Part shown: positions 20,595 through 30,467 of the stretch, in pieces
Position numbering within the stretch: the stretch's first letter is position 1
Layout of the letters: each line of letters starts with the position of its first letter
Source: Candidatus Kuenenia stuttgartensis
Lineage (GTDB): Bacteria; Planctomycetota; Planctomycetia; Pirellulales; UBA1268
Length of the DNA: 64,000 nt
NCBI GenBank assembly: GCA_945891385.1
Contig: CAMDDJ010000007.1
Span: 4,775-68,774, forward strand
Direction of reading: 5' to 3'
Made by a program: the position numbers and the translations under genes
The notes under the pieces: model-generated
Database searches by the model: none
Told to the model about the DNA's origin: nothing
What the model saw: only the letters and a program-made list of their open reading frames with translations

Positions 20595-20812
20595 CGTGTC
20601 ACCCTCTCGATGGGCGGGACAGACCAGCGGCAGAGCACCCACCCCGCCAAAGATTTTTAACGCTACCGCCCCCCTGATCGGCTGTCAAACTGGCAGTCGC
20701 AGAAACGGATTTCGCTCGCGTTGCGTCGGGATCCGGGTTGGTCCGGCTTGCTGCTCCGAAAACGATGACCTACCTTTGAAGCCGCGGAGGGCATTGCGCC
20801 GATCCGTCATCA

Positions 20813-22276
20813 GTGAGAGTCTGGAGTGCCCGGGTGTGCCGGATCCAGGCCGTTTGGAGCCGCCTCGTGGCCGTCGCCGCCCGCACCGATCTCGCCTTTC
20901 AGCAGTGCATCGACCCGGCCTGCGCCGCTACGTTCTCGGTGGACGAAGTGCTCACGGCTTGTCCGGCCTGCGGCAACCTGCTCGATGTCGAGTACGACTG
21001 GGATCGGCTCCGGCCGCCGAATTCGTTCGAGTTCTTCGAGCGGAAGTGGATGCGACGAAGCGACCCCCTCGCGTTCAGCGGCGTCTGGCGATTCCACGAA
21101 CTCCTTCCCTACGCGCCGCGGGAGAGCGTGGTCACCATCGGCGAGGGGCAGACGATGTGCGCCCCGTCCGACGGCGTGGCGGCCTACGTAGGCGTCAACC
21201 CTGGCCGACTGTTTCTTGAATACGAAGGTCTCAACCCATCGGGCTCGTTCAAGGACAACGGGATGAGCGCCGCCTTCACCCACGCTCGAATGATCGGGGC
21301 TCGGAGGGCGGCCTGCGCTTCGACCGGCAACACGAGCGCCTCGCTGGCCGTCTACTGTGCGGTCACGCGGCTGATGCGAGGCATCATCTTCATCGGCTCG
21401 GGCAAGATTTCCTACGGCAAGCTCTCGCAGGCCCTCGACTACGGGGCGCTGACGATCCAGATCGCCGGCGACTTCGACGACGCGATGGCCCGGGTCAAGG
21501 AAGTGGCCAGCAAGCTGGGTATCTACCTGGTCAACAGCGTCAATCCCTTCCGGCTCGAGGGCCAGAAGACGATCATGTTTCGGGTGCTCGAATCGTTGGG
21601 CTGGGACCCACCCGATTGGATCGTGGTGCCCGGCGGCAACCTCGGCAACTCAAGCGCCTTCGGCAAGGCCTTCGCGGAACTCCGCAAGCTCGGCCTGATC
21701 GACCGGATCCCGCGGCTGGCCGTGATCAACGCCGCCGGCGCGAACACGCTCCATGAGCTGTACACCAAGCGGGGCCTCCGCTGGGAGGGCGGCCGGGCCG
21801 ACCTGGCCCCTGCCTGCCACTACTACGACGAACTCGATCGCGACAACAAGCGGGCCGATACGATCGCCAGCGCCATCGAAATCAACCGGCCGGTCAATCT
21901 CAACAAGTGCCTCCGCGCCCTCGAGGTCTGCGACGGAGTGGTCCGCGAGGTCTCGGAGCAGGAGATCCTCGACGCCAAGGCCCAGGTGGGCGCCGGCGGC
22001 CTGGGCTGCGAGCCGGCGAGTGCCGCGAGCGTGGCCGGAGCGAGGCAACTCGTGGCCGAAGGGGTGATCGGCCGCGACGAGCGGGTGGTCTGCATCCTCA
22101 CGGGGCATCAGCTCAAGGATCCGACGGCGACCGTCGCGTACCACACGACCGACCAGAAGCTGTTCAACGAAGTGCTCGGCAGCCGGGGCGTGAGTCGGGC
22201 GAGCTTCGCCAACCGGTCGGTGAGCGTGGGCAACCGGCTCGACGAGATCGTGCAGGCGATCGATCTCTACGGCTGA
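20813..22276 (+). CDS. thrC: threonine synthase
   Basis: N-terminal zinc ribbon (CIDPAC...CPACG), the [12 protein letters not shown] lysine motif and [11 protein letters not shown]. The start is uncertain; GTG 20867 ([14 protein letters not shown]) may be the real one. Confidence 0.9.
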   Translation: MRVWSARVCRIQAVWSRLVAVAARTDLAFQQCIDPACAATFSVDEVLTACPACGNLLDVEYDWDRLRPPNSFEFFERKWMRRSDPLAFSGVWRFHELLPYAPRESVVTIGEGQTMCAPSDGVAAYVGVNPGRLFLEYEGLNPSGSFKDNGMSAAFTHARMIGARRAACASTGNTSASLAVYCAVTRLMRGIIFIGSGKISYGKLSQALDYGALTIQIAGDFDDAMARVKEVASKLGIYLVNSVNPFRLEGQKTIMFRVLESLGWDPPDWIVVPGGNLGNSSAFGKAFAELRKLGLIDRIPRLAVINAAGANTLHELYTKRGLRWEGGRADLAPACHYYDELDRDNKRADTIASAIEINRPVNLNKCLRALEVCDGVVREVSEQEILDAKAQVGAGGLGCEPASAASVAGARQLVAEGVIGRDERVVCILTGHQLKDPTATVAYHTTDQKLFNEVLGSRGVSRASFANRSVSVGNRLDEIVQAIDLYG

Positions 22277-22382
22277 AGCCATCCCTCGGCCGGCCGTGGC
22301 GTCTGGGCCGGCTCCGCGTATGCTGCTGGCCGGTCGCCGCCTCTTTGGGGCGGCGTGTCCTGAATCTCCCCGGAGCTCTTCG

Positions 22383-23192
22383 ATGCCTCAGCAGCCGGTT
22401 CGTCTCGTCGTCCATGGTGCCGCCGGCCGGATGGGCTGCCGGGTGATCGCCGGCGCGGTGGCCGAGCCCCAGCGGTGGCAGCTCGTGGCAGCCGTTGAGC
22501 GGGCGGGCCACCCGCGGAGCGGAGACGATGCGGCAGTGCTGGCGGGCTGCCCGGCCGCAGGCGTTTCGGTGGCTGATGGCTGGACCTGTCCGGCGGATGT
22601 CGTGATCGATTTCTCGCTGCCGGAGGCGGTGGCCGGCATCGTGGCCACCTGCGTGGCGAAACGGGTCCCTCTCGTCGTGGCCACCACCGGCCTCACCGCG
22701 GCCGACCACGAGGCGATTCGCACCGCCGCGGCCACGATCCCGGTGCTCCAGTCGCCGAGCATGAGTCTGGCGGTGAACATCTCGATGGATCTCGTGGGCC
22801 GGGCGGCGATGCTTCTGAGCCGGCTGGGCGATCGCGCCGATGTCGAGATCATCGAATGCCATCACCGCCACAAGGAAGATTCGCCGAGCGGCACGGCGCT
22901 GAAGTTCGGGGCGATCGTTTGCGATGCGATGGGCCAGGTGCGGGAGGCCCACGGTCGGGCGGGCCGGCCGGGAGCCCGGCCGGCCGACGAGATCGGCTAC
23001 CACGCCGTCCGCGCGGGCGACAATCCCGGCGAGCACACGATCCTGTTCGGGATGGAAGGGGAGTCGTTTTCGGTGAACGTGCGGGCGACGAATCGTGACT
23101 GCTACGCCCGCGGCGCCCTGGCGGCCGCCGCGTTCCTGGCCGACAAGCCGGCCGGCCTCTACTCGATGCGGGACGTGCTCGGGCTGGGCTGA
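22383..23192 (+). CDS. dapB: 4-hydroxy-tetrahydrodipicolinate reductase
   Basis: Start at ATG 22383. Motifs GAAGRMG, EIIECHHRHKEDSPSGTA and RAGDNPGEHT. Confidence 0.9.
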   Translation: MPQQPVRLVVHGAAGRMGCRVIAGAVAEPQRWQLVAAVERAGHPRSGDDAAVLAGCPAAGVSVADGWTCPADVVIDFSLPEAVAGIVATCVAKRVPLVVATTGLTAADHEAIRTAAATIPVLQSPSMSLAVNISMDLVGRAAMLLSRLGDRADVEIIECHHRHKEDSPSGTALKFGAIVCDAMGQVREAHGRAGRPGARPADEIGYHAVRAGDNPGEHTILFGMEGESFSVNVRATNRDCYARGALAAAAFLADKPAGLYSMRDVLGLG

Positions 23193-23210
23193 CGGCCGGG
23201 CCTGATTGAG

Positions 23211-23870
23211 ATGGCTGGAAGACGCTTCGATATGATGCTGCCGCGGTCTGCCGGAGATGCGTTTGCCACATCCGATTGTCCGCTCTCCTCGAGTCTCGCC
23301 GGCCCGGCAGCGACCATCTGGCAGGCCATCGCTGCCGACCTGATGGCGGCGGTTGCATCGGCCCGGCACCCGTTCCACCTCGTGACGGTGGCCACGGTCG
23401 ACGAGGCCGGGGCGCCGCAGGTCCGCACGGTCGTGCTCCGGGCCTTCGACGTGGCTCGCCGGGAGGTGCGATTCCACACCGACGCCCGCAGTCCGAAGGC
23501 GGCCCAGATTCAGCGGAAGGGCCGCGTCGCACTCCACTGGTATGACGCGGCGCGGCGGCTGCAGATTCGCATCGCCGCCACGGCGACCATCCATCAGGGC
23601 GACGCCCTCGCTCGGGCTGCCTGGGAGGCCTCCCCGCCCCGCAGCCGGGCCTGCTACCACGCAGCCGCAGCTCCCGGCACACCCGTCGCGGCAGTGCCGG
23701 CGGCCTGCCCGCCGCCTGACCCCGCTGACGATCGCGGGCTGGACGCCTTCGCCATCGTCTGCTGCCGGTTCGATGCCGTCGAGCTCTTGTTGCTGCGAGC
23801 CGCGGGGCATGAGCGGATCCGTCTCCAACTCGCCGGTCCGGGACCGATATCGGAGATCCTCGCGCCCTGA
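23211..23870 (+). CDS. pyridoxamine 5'-phosphate oxidase-like FMN-binding protein
   Basis: RTVVLRAFD...RFHTDARSPKAAQIQRKGRVALHWY resembles the PdxH split-barrel core. The C-terminal part is divergent. Confidence 0.55.
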   Translation: MAGRRFDMMLPRSAGDAFATSDCPLSSSLAGPAATIWQAIAADLMAAVASARHPFHLVTVATVDEAGAPQVRTVVLRAFDVARREVRFHTDARSPKAAQIQRKGRVALHWYDAARRLQIRIAATATIHQGDALARAAWEASPPRSRACYHAAAAPGTPVAAVPAACPPPDPADDRGLDAFAIVCCRFDAVELLLLRAAGHERIRLQLAGPGPISEILAP

Positions 23871-23931
23871 CGATTGGCCACGGCGATCCCGACCACCAGC
23901 AGCCCGAGGCAGGAGATGTCTGCAGCCACGG

Positions 23932-25215
23932 TCAGCGGTCGGTGCCCGACCGCATCCCGCGGAGGGCCCACCAGCCGACGATGAGCTGGGCGAGCAGAGC
24001 GACCAGACCCGCACGCGGATGGCCGGTGGCGAGGTAGAGTCCGCCGAAGGCGAGGCCGGCGGCAGCCCCGCTGAGTTTCGTGCCCACCTGGAGCAGGCCG
24101 AAGGTCACCCCTGCCCTGCCCTCCGGGGCCGCTTCGGCCACCGTCGCCCGGATCACGCTCTGCACGCCACCCAGCACGAGGGCCAGGAGCACTGCGAGGC
24201 CGTAGAGCTGAGGCACCGTGCGGATGAACCAGGCAAGGCCGAGCACACTGAGCCACCCGGCCAGACAGATCACGAGCGCCTGCCGCCGGCCGAGCCGCTG
24301 CGAGATCCAGCCGATCGCGAGCGCGCCCGGCAGAGCCACCGCCTGCACGAGGAGCACGAGTTTCACGAGCGCGGCCGGCTCGAGCGCGAATTCCTCGAGG
24401 GCCAAGCTCGAGAACTGGGCGATCGCGGTCTGTACCGCGCCCAGCACGAGCATGCTGCCGCCGAGCACCGCCGCCAGCTGCCGGCCGTCGGTCTGGCCGC
24501 GGGCGACGAGCGAGCGGGCGAAGGCGACGAGTTCACCGGCGGCCGTGCCTGCGTGGCCGCCATCATGGGCTTCGGGAAATCGCGCGATCGCGGCCGGCGC
24601 CGCGAAGCAGAGCCACCAACCTGCGGTGAAGGCGAAGGCCGCCCGCAGGCCACCCGCGGTGGTGAGGCCGAGCGAGTCGTGGGCCGCGACGATGCTCGTC
24701 GCGATCAACAGCGCGATCGCCCCGCCGGCGTAGCCCGCGGCGAAGCCCCGGGCCGAGAGGCGATCGGCGGTCGTGCCGGAGGCGATCATCGCCAACAGGC
24801 TGCCGGTGAACACGGCGGCGAGATCGAAGCCGACGTTGCCGAGAATCACGCCGGCCAGCACCGCCAGCCGGGCCGTGGGCGGGACGAGGGCAAGCAGACC
24901 GAGCCCCGCCGCCCCGCTTGCCACGCTGACGAGCAGCGCGGTCTTGTGCCGCCGCCGCCGGTCGGCCCAGGCCGAGGCGCCGGGCGTGAGCACCGCCGAG
25001 GCCAGCATCGCGACGGCGAGGGTCCACGGCCAGACGACGCCGGGCTCGAGGCCCCAAGGACTTTCCTTGAAGGCCACCTTCTCCACGTAGGCCACGATGA
25101 GCGTGATCAGCACGGTCGAGAAGCCGCTGGCGGCCCAGTCGAGGAGCACCCAGGCCGCCGCCGTTGAGCGGGTCAGCGGCGGGACGTTTTCGGGGGCGGC
25201 GTGGAGTGTGGTCAT
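23932..25215 (-). CDS. MFS transporter (UMF1/Atg22-like)
   Basis: Start at ATG 25215. About 12 hydrophobic segments. The N-terminal AWVLLDWAASGFSTVLITL pattern fits the UMF1 family. Confidence 0.7.
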   Translation of the reverse strand: MTTLHAAPENVPPLTRSTAAAWVLLDWAASGFSTVLITLIVAYVEKVAFKESPWGLEPGVVWPWTLAVAMLASAVLTPGASAWADRRRRHKTALLVSVASGAAGLGLLALVPPTARLAVLAGVILGNVGFDLAAVFTGSLLAMIASGTTADRLSARGFAAGYAGGAIALLIATSIVAAHDSLGLTTAGGLRAAFAFTAGWWLCFAAPAAIARFPEAHDGGHAGTAAGELVAFARSLVARGQTDGRQLAAVLGGSMLVLGAVQTAIAQFSSLALEEFALEPAALVKLVLLVQAVALPGALAIGWISQRLGRRQALVICLAGWLSVLGLAWFIRTVPQLYGLAVLLALVLGGVQSVIRATVAEAAPEGRAGVTFGLLQVGTKLSGAAAGLAFGGLYLATGHPRAGLVALLAQLIVGWWALRGMRSGTDR

Positions 25216-25313
25216 CGTGACCCGAGGTGGGAGGCCTGGTGGGATGTTCGGTATCCTCAGGGCCAGGCGGTTTTCAGGCAACCTGAGGATCCGCGCGGCA
25301 CGTGGGGGCTTTC

Positions 25314-26153
25314 ATGGGGATCAGATCAGTTCTGCTCGCGGGGTTCGTCGTCATCTCGAGCCTGACGAGCCGGGCCATGGCCGCTGAGTCGCGGGCGGCG
25401 CGGTCGGTGCACCTCGGGTATCCCGCGCCGCCAGCGGTCGCCTTCTCGATCGAGATGACGGTCCGCGAGTCGACGGCTGGCAGTTATTTCATGGCCGCCG
25501 GCTGGGATACGGGCTACTTTGGCCTCCAGGAACTCGCCGGCGGGCGAAAGGTGATCATCTTTTCGGTCTGGGATCCGACCCAGGGCGACAACCCCGAGGC
25601 CGTCACGGCCGAGGATCGGGTGGCCTGTCTCTTTCAGGCGGACGACGTGCGGATCAAGCGATTCGGGGGCGAAGGCACCGGCGGGCAGTGCATGGGCGAC
25701 TTCCCCTGGGAGCCGGGCCAGGCGTATCGGTTTCTCGTGACGGCGGCGGTCGAAGCGGATCAAACCGCCTACGCGGGCTCCGTGTGGCAGAACGACGCCG
25801 ACGCCTGGAAGCACCTCGTCACCTTTCGCACGCGAACCGGTGGCCGGCCGTTGCGGGGCTTGTATTCCTTCGTCGAAGACTTCCGCCGCGACGGCCGTAG
25901 CGTGCACGACGTGCGGAAGGCCGACTTCGCCCATGCCTGGGCGAAGTCGGTTGCGGGCGACTGGCAGCCGCTGCGGCGGGCGAGGTTCACCGCGTCCGGC
26001 GCCGAGTGGGAGGCGAAGGATTCGATCGACGCCGGCCTGTCGGGCCCGGGGTTCTTCCTCGCGACCGGCGGCGACACGACCGCGAGCCGACCCCTCGGCA
26101 CACTGATCGAACTGCCCGCCGGCGATCCCAGCCAGCCGCCACCGCTGCCGTGA
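25314..26153 (+). CDS. secreted hypothetical protein (DUF3472-like)
   Basis: Signal peptide MGIRSVLLAGFVVISSLTSRAMA. SYFMAAGWDTGYFGLQE...IFSVWD resembles DUF3472 from memory. GTG 25302 is an alternative start. Confidence 0.55.
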   Translation: MGIRSVLLAGFVVISSLTSRAMAAESRAARSVHLGYPAPPAVAFSIEMTVRESTAGSYFMAAGWDTGYFGLQELAGGRKVIIFSVWDPTQGDNPEAVTAEDRVACLFQADDVRIKRFGGEGTGGQCMGDFPWEPGQAYRFLVTAAVEADQTAYAGSVWQNDADAWKHLVTFRTRTGGRPLRGLYSFVEDFRRDGRSVHDVRKADFAHAWAKSVAGDWQPLRRARFTASGAEWEAKDSIDAGLSGPGFFLATGGDTTASRPLGTLIELPAGDPSQPPPLP

Positions 26154-26195
26154 GCCCGCTTGCCGTGTGCCAGGCCGACGCTCGCCGCAGGCGAT

Positions 26196-27341
26196 TCAAT
26201 CGCAGAGCCAGCGCATCAGGGTTTCGATCGATGGAATCCGGCGGTGGTCCATCCAGCGGAAGAGCACTGCGGCCAACGCCATGAACACGAGGGCGAGGCC
26301 GAGGGAGGCCCAGGGGGGCATGGCGATCTGCCAGAGTGCGGTCGCATCGTCGCCGGTCGCCGCGCCGTAGGCCCAGAGCGGCCAGACGTGCACCACATGG
26401 TGCAGCAGATAGGCCGAGAGGGCATGGCGGCTCAGTGGGGCGGCCCAGTCGGTGAGCCCCTGCCAGCGATCGGGGTGGCAATCGATCGTGGCGTGGAGGA
26501 GCATGCCGAGCAGCACGACACCGCCAAGCGTGCCGAGGACGTAGGCGAGGGATGGCGGGAACATCGTCCAGGGCGAGGTGACCCAGGGCAGCTGCGTCGT
26601 CGAGTCCGACGGTCGCCAGCCGGCATGCCAGGCGACGATGGCGGCCGCCGACGCGGCAACGAGGCCACTGCCGATCGCCGCCGGCAGCCGCCGCGGGACC
26701 GCGCCGTCGGTCTCGAACACCAGCGGCCCGACGGCATAACCGACCAGCGGGAAGGCCAGCCAGGGGAAGAGCGGGAAGTAGCCCGTGATGAGCCAGCCGA
26801 GGGTGACGTCGGTGAGCGTGAAGTCGTAGTCGAGATACCCCGCCACCCAGAACTGGCGATAGTCGGCCAGCTGCTGGAGGACCGGCGTCAGGGCGATGAC
26901 GAGGGCCGCCGCGAACAGGATTACGCCATCGGGTGCCCTTCGGAGCGCCGCCAGCGCGAGCATCCCGCAGCCGATGAAGGTGAGCACATCCCAGTTGAAG
27001 ACATCCTCGGGCAGCCAGACGAGCACATTGAAGGCGAACCCGAGGCCGATCAGGAACAGACCGCGACGGACCGTTGCCTTGGTGATCCAGTCTGCCGTTC
27101 GGCCGCGCCGCTGCTGCCCGCCGAGCCAGATCCGATAGCTGGTGCCTGCGAGGAAGGTGAAGATCGGCGCGGCGAACCCGCTGGGCAGCCACCAGGTTCG
27201 CTGGCTGCCTGCGAAGGGGCCGCCATCGGTGCCCCACCAGCCGGAGAGGTTCTCGACGAAGTGCACGGTCACCATCAGCACGATCGCAACGGCCCGGAGA
27301 AGGTCGATCGAGAGCTGCCGCGGAGCTGGTGAACCGGTCAC
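26196..27341 (-). CDS. DUF1624 / heparan-alpha-glucosaminide N-acetyltransferase-like membrane acyltransferase
   Basis: LSIDLLRAVAIVLMVTVHF N-terminal motif and more than 9 hydrophobic segments. GTG 27339-27341 overlaps the upstream stop (GTGA). Confidence 0.6.
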   Translation of the reverse strand: MTGSPAPRQLSIDLLRAVAIVLMVTVHFVENLSGWWGTDGGPFAGSQRTWWLPSGFAAPIFTFLAGTSYRIWLGGQQRRGRTADWITKATVRRGLFLIGLGFAFNVLVWLPEDVFNWDVLTFIGCGMLALAALRRAPDGVILFAAALVIALTPVLQQLADYRQFWVAGYLDYDFTLTDVTLGWLITGYFPLFPWLAFPLVGYAVGPLVFETDGAVPRRLPAAIGSGLVAASAAAIVAWHAGWRPSDSTTQLPWVTSPWTMFPPSLAYVLGTLGGVVLLGMLLHATIDCHPDRWQGLTDWAAPLSRHALSAYLLHHVVHVWPLWAYGAATGDDATALWQIAMPPWASLGLALVFMALAAVLFRWMDHRRIPSIETLMRWLCD

Positions 27342-28162
27342 GTGCTGTTCCTGGAGGCCAGCAATTCGACGATCATCAGAGCCAACTGGGCGACGAGGAT
27401 CACGATGATGGCCCATTCCAGGCCCATCTGCCGGCGGGCGATCGCCGCCTCGGAGGCACGCTGACCGCACGCCTCGTAAATCTGGAGCACGAAGTCGGCC
27501 CGATCGGTCACGAGTTCATGACGCTCTGGTAACCGGGTTCGATCCCGGAGCCGTTCCGCGAGCTGACTTGCGAGCGTGGGCGGGTGCACGGGCGGCACAT
27601 GCACGGCCGGCCCCAGCGCTGCCAAGCCCCGGCGGACCGCGACGGCTTCCTGAAACCGGCTCGCCAATTCGGCCCGACGGTCCGGGCCCCGCTCGTCGAA
27701 CTCGAAAGCGGCAGCCGCGTCGCCTTCGGTCGCGGCGAGCAGGCGGTTGCAGCGGAGTTCCAGGTCGGCGAGATCCGCCTCACAGCCGGCGAATTCGAGG
27801 AGTGATACCTGGAGTTGGTCGAGCCGGCCGGTCGGGCCGAGCACGGCCCCGCGGGCCGGAGCCCAGATCACATGGCAGCCGTAGAGCGGGATCAGCACGG
27901 GCACGGCGGTGTGAGCGGCCGGCTGTTTCGGGAGGAGCCCGGGGGCGGCAGTCCAGAGTCGGGCTCGCTCGATCCAGTCACCAGAGTCTGCGGGTTCGCC
28001 CTCGGTCGGAACGATGAGCAGATCGAACGCCCTCCCAGGCGGCACCATGACCCGGCGCAGGCCGGCCGTGGTCGGCAGCCCGCCCGGAACTGCCAACCCC
28101 GTGGCCCCCGAGTCTGCGTCCACGTCATGCCGCGCGGTCGCGTCCTGATCCTTCGCGGTCAT
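27338..28162 (-). CDS. hypothetical protein with a C-terminal transmembrane helix
   Basis: 274 aa from ATG 28160-28162, which overlaps the upstream TGA (TGATG). No family recognised. LEWAIIVILVAQLALMIVELL is a C-terminal TM segment. Confidence 0.5.
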   Translation of the reverse strand: MTAKDQDATARHDVDADSGATGLAVPGGLPTTAGLRRVMVPPGRAFDLLIVPTEGEPADSGDWIERARLWTAAPGLLPKQPAAHTAVPVLIPLYGCHVIWAPARGAVLGPTGRLDQLQVSLLEFAGCEADLADLELRCNRLLAATEGDAAAAFEFDERGPDRRAELASRFQEAVAVRRGLAALGPAVHVPPVHPPTLASQLAERLRDRTRLPERHELVTDRADFVLQIYEACGQRASEAAIARRQMGLEWAIIVILVAQLALMIVELLASRNST

Positions 28163-29523
28163 CAAATCTCCCTGGCGTGGTCGGTGAGTTCGGCGGCCAC
28201 GCAGCCGGCCACGTGTTCGGCCGAGTCGAGGACGCCGTTGAGTGTCGAGTCGTACAGATAGTCGCCTACCACGAAAAGCCCCGGGTGGGTTTTTGCGGCG
28301 GGGCGATGCCGCTGATCCTGCGACAGCGGCTGCCAGCCTCCCGGCAGGCTGCTGACAGCCCCGGTCCAGCGGTGCACCCGGGCTTCGAGCACCCGCTCGG
28401 GGTCCACGGCCAGCGGGTCGGGCAGCGTCGCGAGCGCGGCCGTCACGAGGTCGGCATCGCTCCAGGCGGCCATCGATTCGGCCGCGGCGCCGCCGAGGAG
28501 CCAGCCGAGCACGCCGTGGCGGGCTTCGGGCTCCCGGGCGCTCTCCAGATAGAGGCAGCAGCCACCGAAGGCGTCGAGCATCAGATAGCCGTCGTCGTCG
28601 GTCGGCGTGTGGGGCGGCCCGTCGAGCAGCAGCGTGATCCTGAGGTAGTGGGCCGGATGGTCGTGGTGTGCGAGATGTCGCTGCATCGCCGCCGCGAGCG
28701 AACCGCTGGCGAAGGCCAGCCGACCGAGCGCGTCCATCGGCAGGGCCAGCACCACGATGTCGAAGTCGGCCTCACGGCGGCCCTCGTGGCCCAGGAGCGT
28801 GAGCCGCAGTTGATCGGCCGAGCCCTCGCCTACCTGTTCCACGACCGTTGAGCGGCGCATCGTCGCCGCCAGCCGTGCGACGAGCGCGTCGATCAACTGC
28901 TCGTTGCCGCCGGCGATGCAGTAGAGCCGCATGTAAGCAGGATCGTTCATCAGATAATTCTGGAGCCCGTAGGCCACGCTCGTCGCCGCCGGCGGGGTGG
29001 CGAGGTCGCTGTGGATCATCGTTTCGAGATAGTGGCGAATCTCACGGGAAGGCAGCGCCGCCAAGGTGGTGTCGAACCGGCCGCTCGGCTCCGCCGAACC
29101 TGCGTGGTCGGAGCCTGACGCGAAGAACTCCCGCGGCGTCATCACCGAGCGGGCCCAGGTGTCGAAGTTGCCGAGATCACGGCAGGCCCGGTCGCCGTAG
29201 GCATCACGGAGGTCGTCGAGGTTGGCGATGGCACGGCCACCCACGTACACACGGCTGCCACCGAGCGCGACGGTGGGAAGGCCGAACGACTCGACGAGTT
29301 CGCGGAGTGGATCGTCGCCGACCGGTGAGTAGTCGTAGAGCTCGGCCGCGCCCGCTTCGTAATGGACCGGTGCGGCGGTGAACCGCGGCGTGATCACCTT
29401 GCCGCCGACCCGGTCCGTGGCCTCGAAGATCGTGATCTCGATCGGAGCGGTTGCAAGCTGCTCGAGATGCCAGGCGGTGAACAGGCCGCCTGGTCCGCCA
29501 CCGACGATGGCAATCTGCGGCAT
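28162..29523 (-). CDS. FAD-dependent oxidoreductase (flavin amine oxidase / protoporphyrinogen oxidase superfamily)
   Basis: MPQIAIVGGGPGGLFTAW...IFEATDRVGGK dinucleotide-binding motif and C-terminal GLFVVGDY. ATG 29619 is an alternative, longer start. Confidence 0.75.
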   Translation of the reverse strand: MPQIAIVGGGPGGLFTAWHLEQLATAPIEITIFEATDRVGGKVITPRFTAAPVHYEAGAAELYDYSPVGDDPLRELVESFGLPTVALGGSRVYVGGRAIANLDDLRDAYGDRACRDLGNFDTWARSVMTPREFFASGSDHAGSAEPSGRFDTTLAALPSREIRHYLETMIHSDLATPPAATSVAYGLQNYLMNDPAYMRLYCIAGGNEQLIDALVARLAATMRRSTVVEQVGEGSADQLRLTLLGHEGRREADFDIVVLALPMDALGRLAFASGSLAAAMQRHLAHHDHPAHYLRITLLLDGPPHTPTDDDGYLMLDAFGGCCLYLESAREPEARHGVLGWLLGGAAAESMAAWSDADLVTAALATLPDPLAVDPERVLEARVHRWTGAVSSLPGGWQPLSQDQRHRPAAKTHPGLFVVGDYLYDSTLNGVLDSAEHVAGCVAAELTDHAREI

Positions 29524-29637
29524 CCGGCTGCCGGTCTTTTCTGGGAACTGCTCCACGATCCGGCTTTCAACGTCTGACGGGATGGAAGGTTTCGGGGGGC
29601 CGAACCGATCTGGAGGCAAGGCTGGTCGGAGCAGGTT

Positions 29638-30399
29638 TCAACCGAAGTATGCGTCCCAGCCGGTCTTGAGAATCAGCCCGGCGACGACGACGAGGAACAC
29701 GATCCGTACGAACCAGGCCCCGTGCCGCAGCGTGAGGTGGGTGCCCAGGAGGCTCCCCGCGACGTTGGCGACGGCCATCGGCACGGCAAGGTTCCACCAG
29801 ATGTTGCCGGTGGGGGCCAGGATGGCGAGGGCTCCGAGGTTCGTCGCGGCGTTGAGCACCTTGGCCGCGGCGGCGGCATGGAGGAAGTCGTAGCCGAGCC
29901 ACTTGACGAGCAGGAAGATCATGAAGCTGCCGGTGCCGGGCCCGAAGAAGCCGTCGTAGAAGCCGAGAACTCCCGCCAGCAACGAGGCTCGGGCGGCCTG
30001 CCCCGCGGGGGTGTGGGGGGGGGCATGGACCGCTCCGAGTGTGCGTTGCACGAGCGTCTGCACAAATACGACGGCGAGCACGAGGGGCAGGACTTTCCGC
30101 ACCCAGTCGCCGGGCACGAACGTGAGCGCAAAGGCCCCGGCGGCGGCCCCGGCGAATCCGGTTGCCACGGCGACCGAGAGTTGCTTCCAGGGAAGTGTCA
30201 CACGGCGGACATAGGCCCGCGCGGCCCAGAGCGTACCCCAGACCATGCAGGTCTTGTTCGTGCCGAAGAGCTCGGCGGCCGAAGCTCTCGGGTAGAGCGT
30301 CAGCAGCACCGGCAGGGTGACGAGTCCGCCGCCGCCTGCGATCGCATTGAGGCAGCCGGCGGCGAAGGACGCGATGATGACAACCGGGATTTCGGCCAT
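29638..30399 (-). CDS. TauE/SafE (DUF81) family membrane permease
   Basis: 253 aa, 7-8 hydrophobic segments. Motifs NAIAGGGGLVTLP and GFYDGFFGPGTGSF. Confidence 0.8.
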   Translation of the reverse strand: MAEIPVVIIASFAAGCLNAIAGGGGLVTLPVLLTLYPRASAAELFGTNKTCMVWGTLWAARAYVRRVTLPWKQLSVAVATGFAGAAAGAFALTFVPGDWVRKVLPLVLAVVFVQTLVQRTLGAVHAPPHTPAGQAARASLLAGVLGFYDGFFGPGTGSFMIFLLVKWLGYDFLHAAAAAKVLNAATNLGALAILAPTGNIWWNLAVPMAVANVAGSLLGTHLTLRHGAWFVRIVFLVVVAGLILKTGWDAYFG

Positions 30400-30467
30400 A
30401 GGCTGGGGAACGGTATCCTACCCCGGGTCCGCGCAGGCCTGGTCGTCACCCCGAGTGAAGAAAACCG

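Noticed and set aside
22164-25167. 616-aa minus-strand (22164-24014) and 541-aa plus-strand (23542-25167) ORFs
   Set aside because: They are antisense to dapB and the PNPOx-like gene, and to the MFS transporter gene, respectively. Their composition is typical of non-coding frames.
27520-27550. GGGTTCGATCCCGG T-loop-like sequence suggesting a tRNA
   Set aside because: It lies inside the CDS 27338-28162. No acceptor or anticodon arms can be drawn around it.
30400-30467. Cobalamin riboswitch expected upstream of an AdoCbl-dependent lyase
   Set aside because: The intergenic region is only 68 nt, which is far too short for a B12 riboswitch, and no conserved B12-box was seen.
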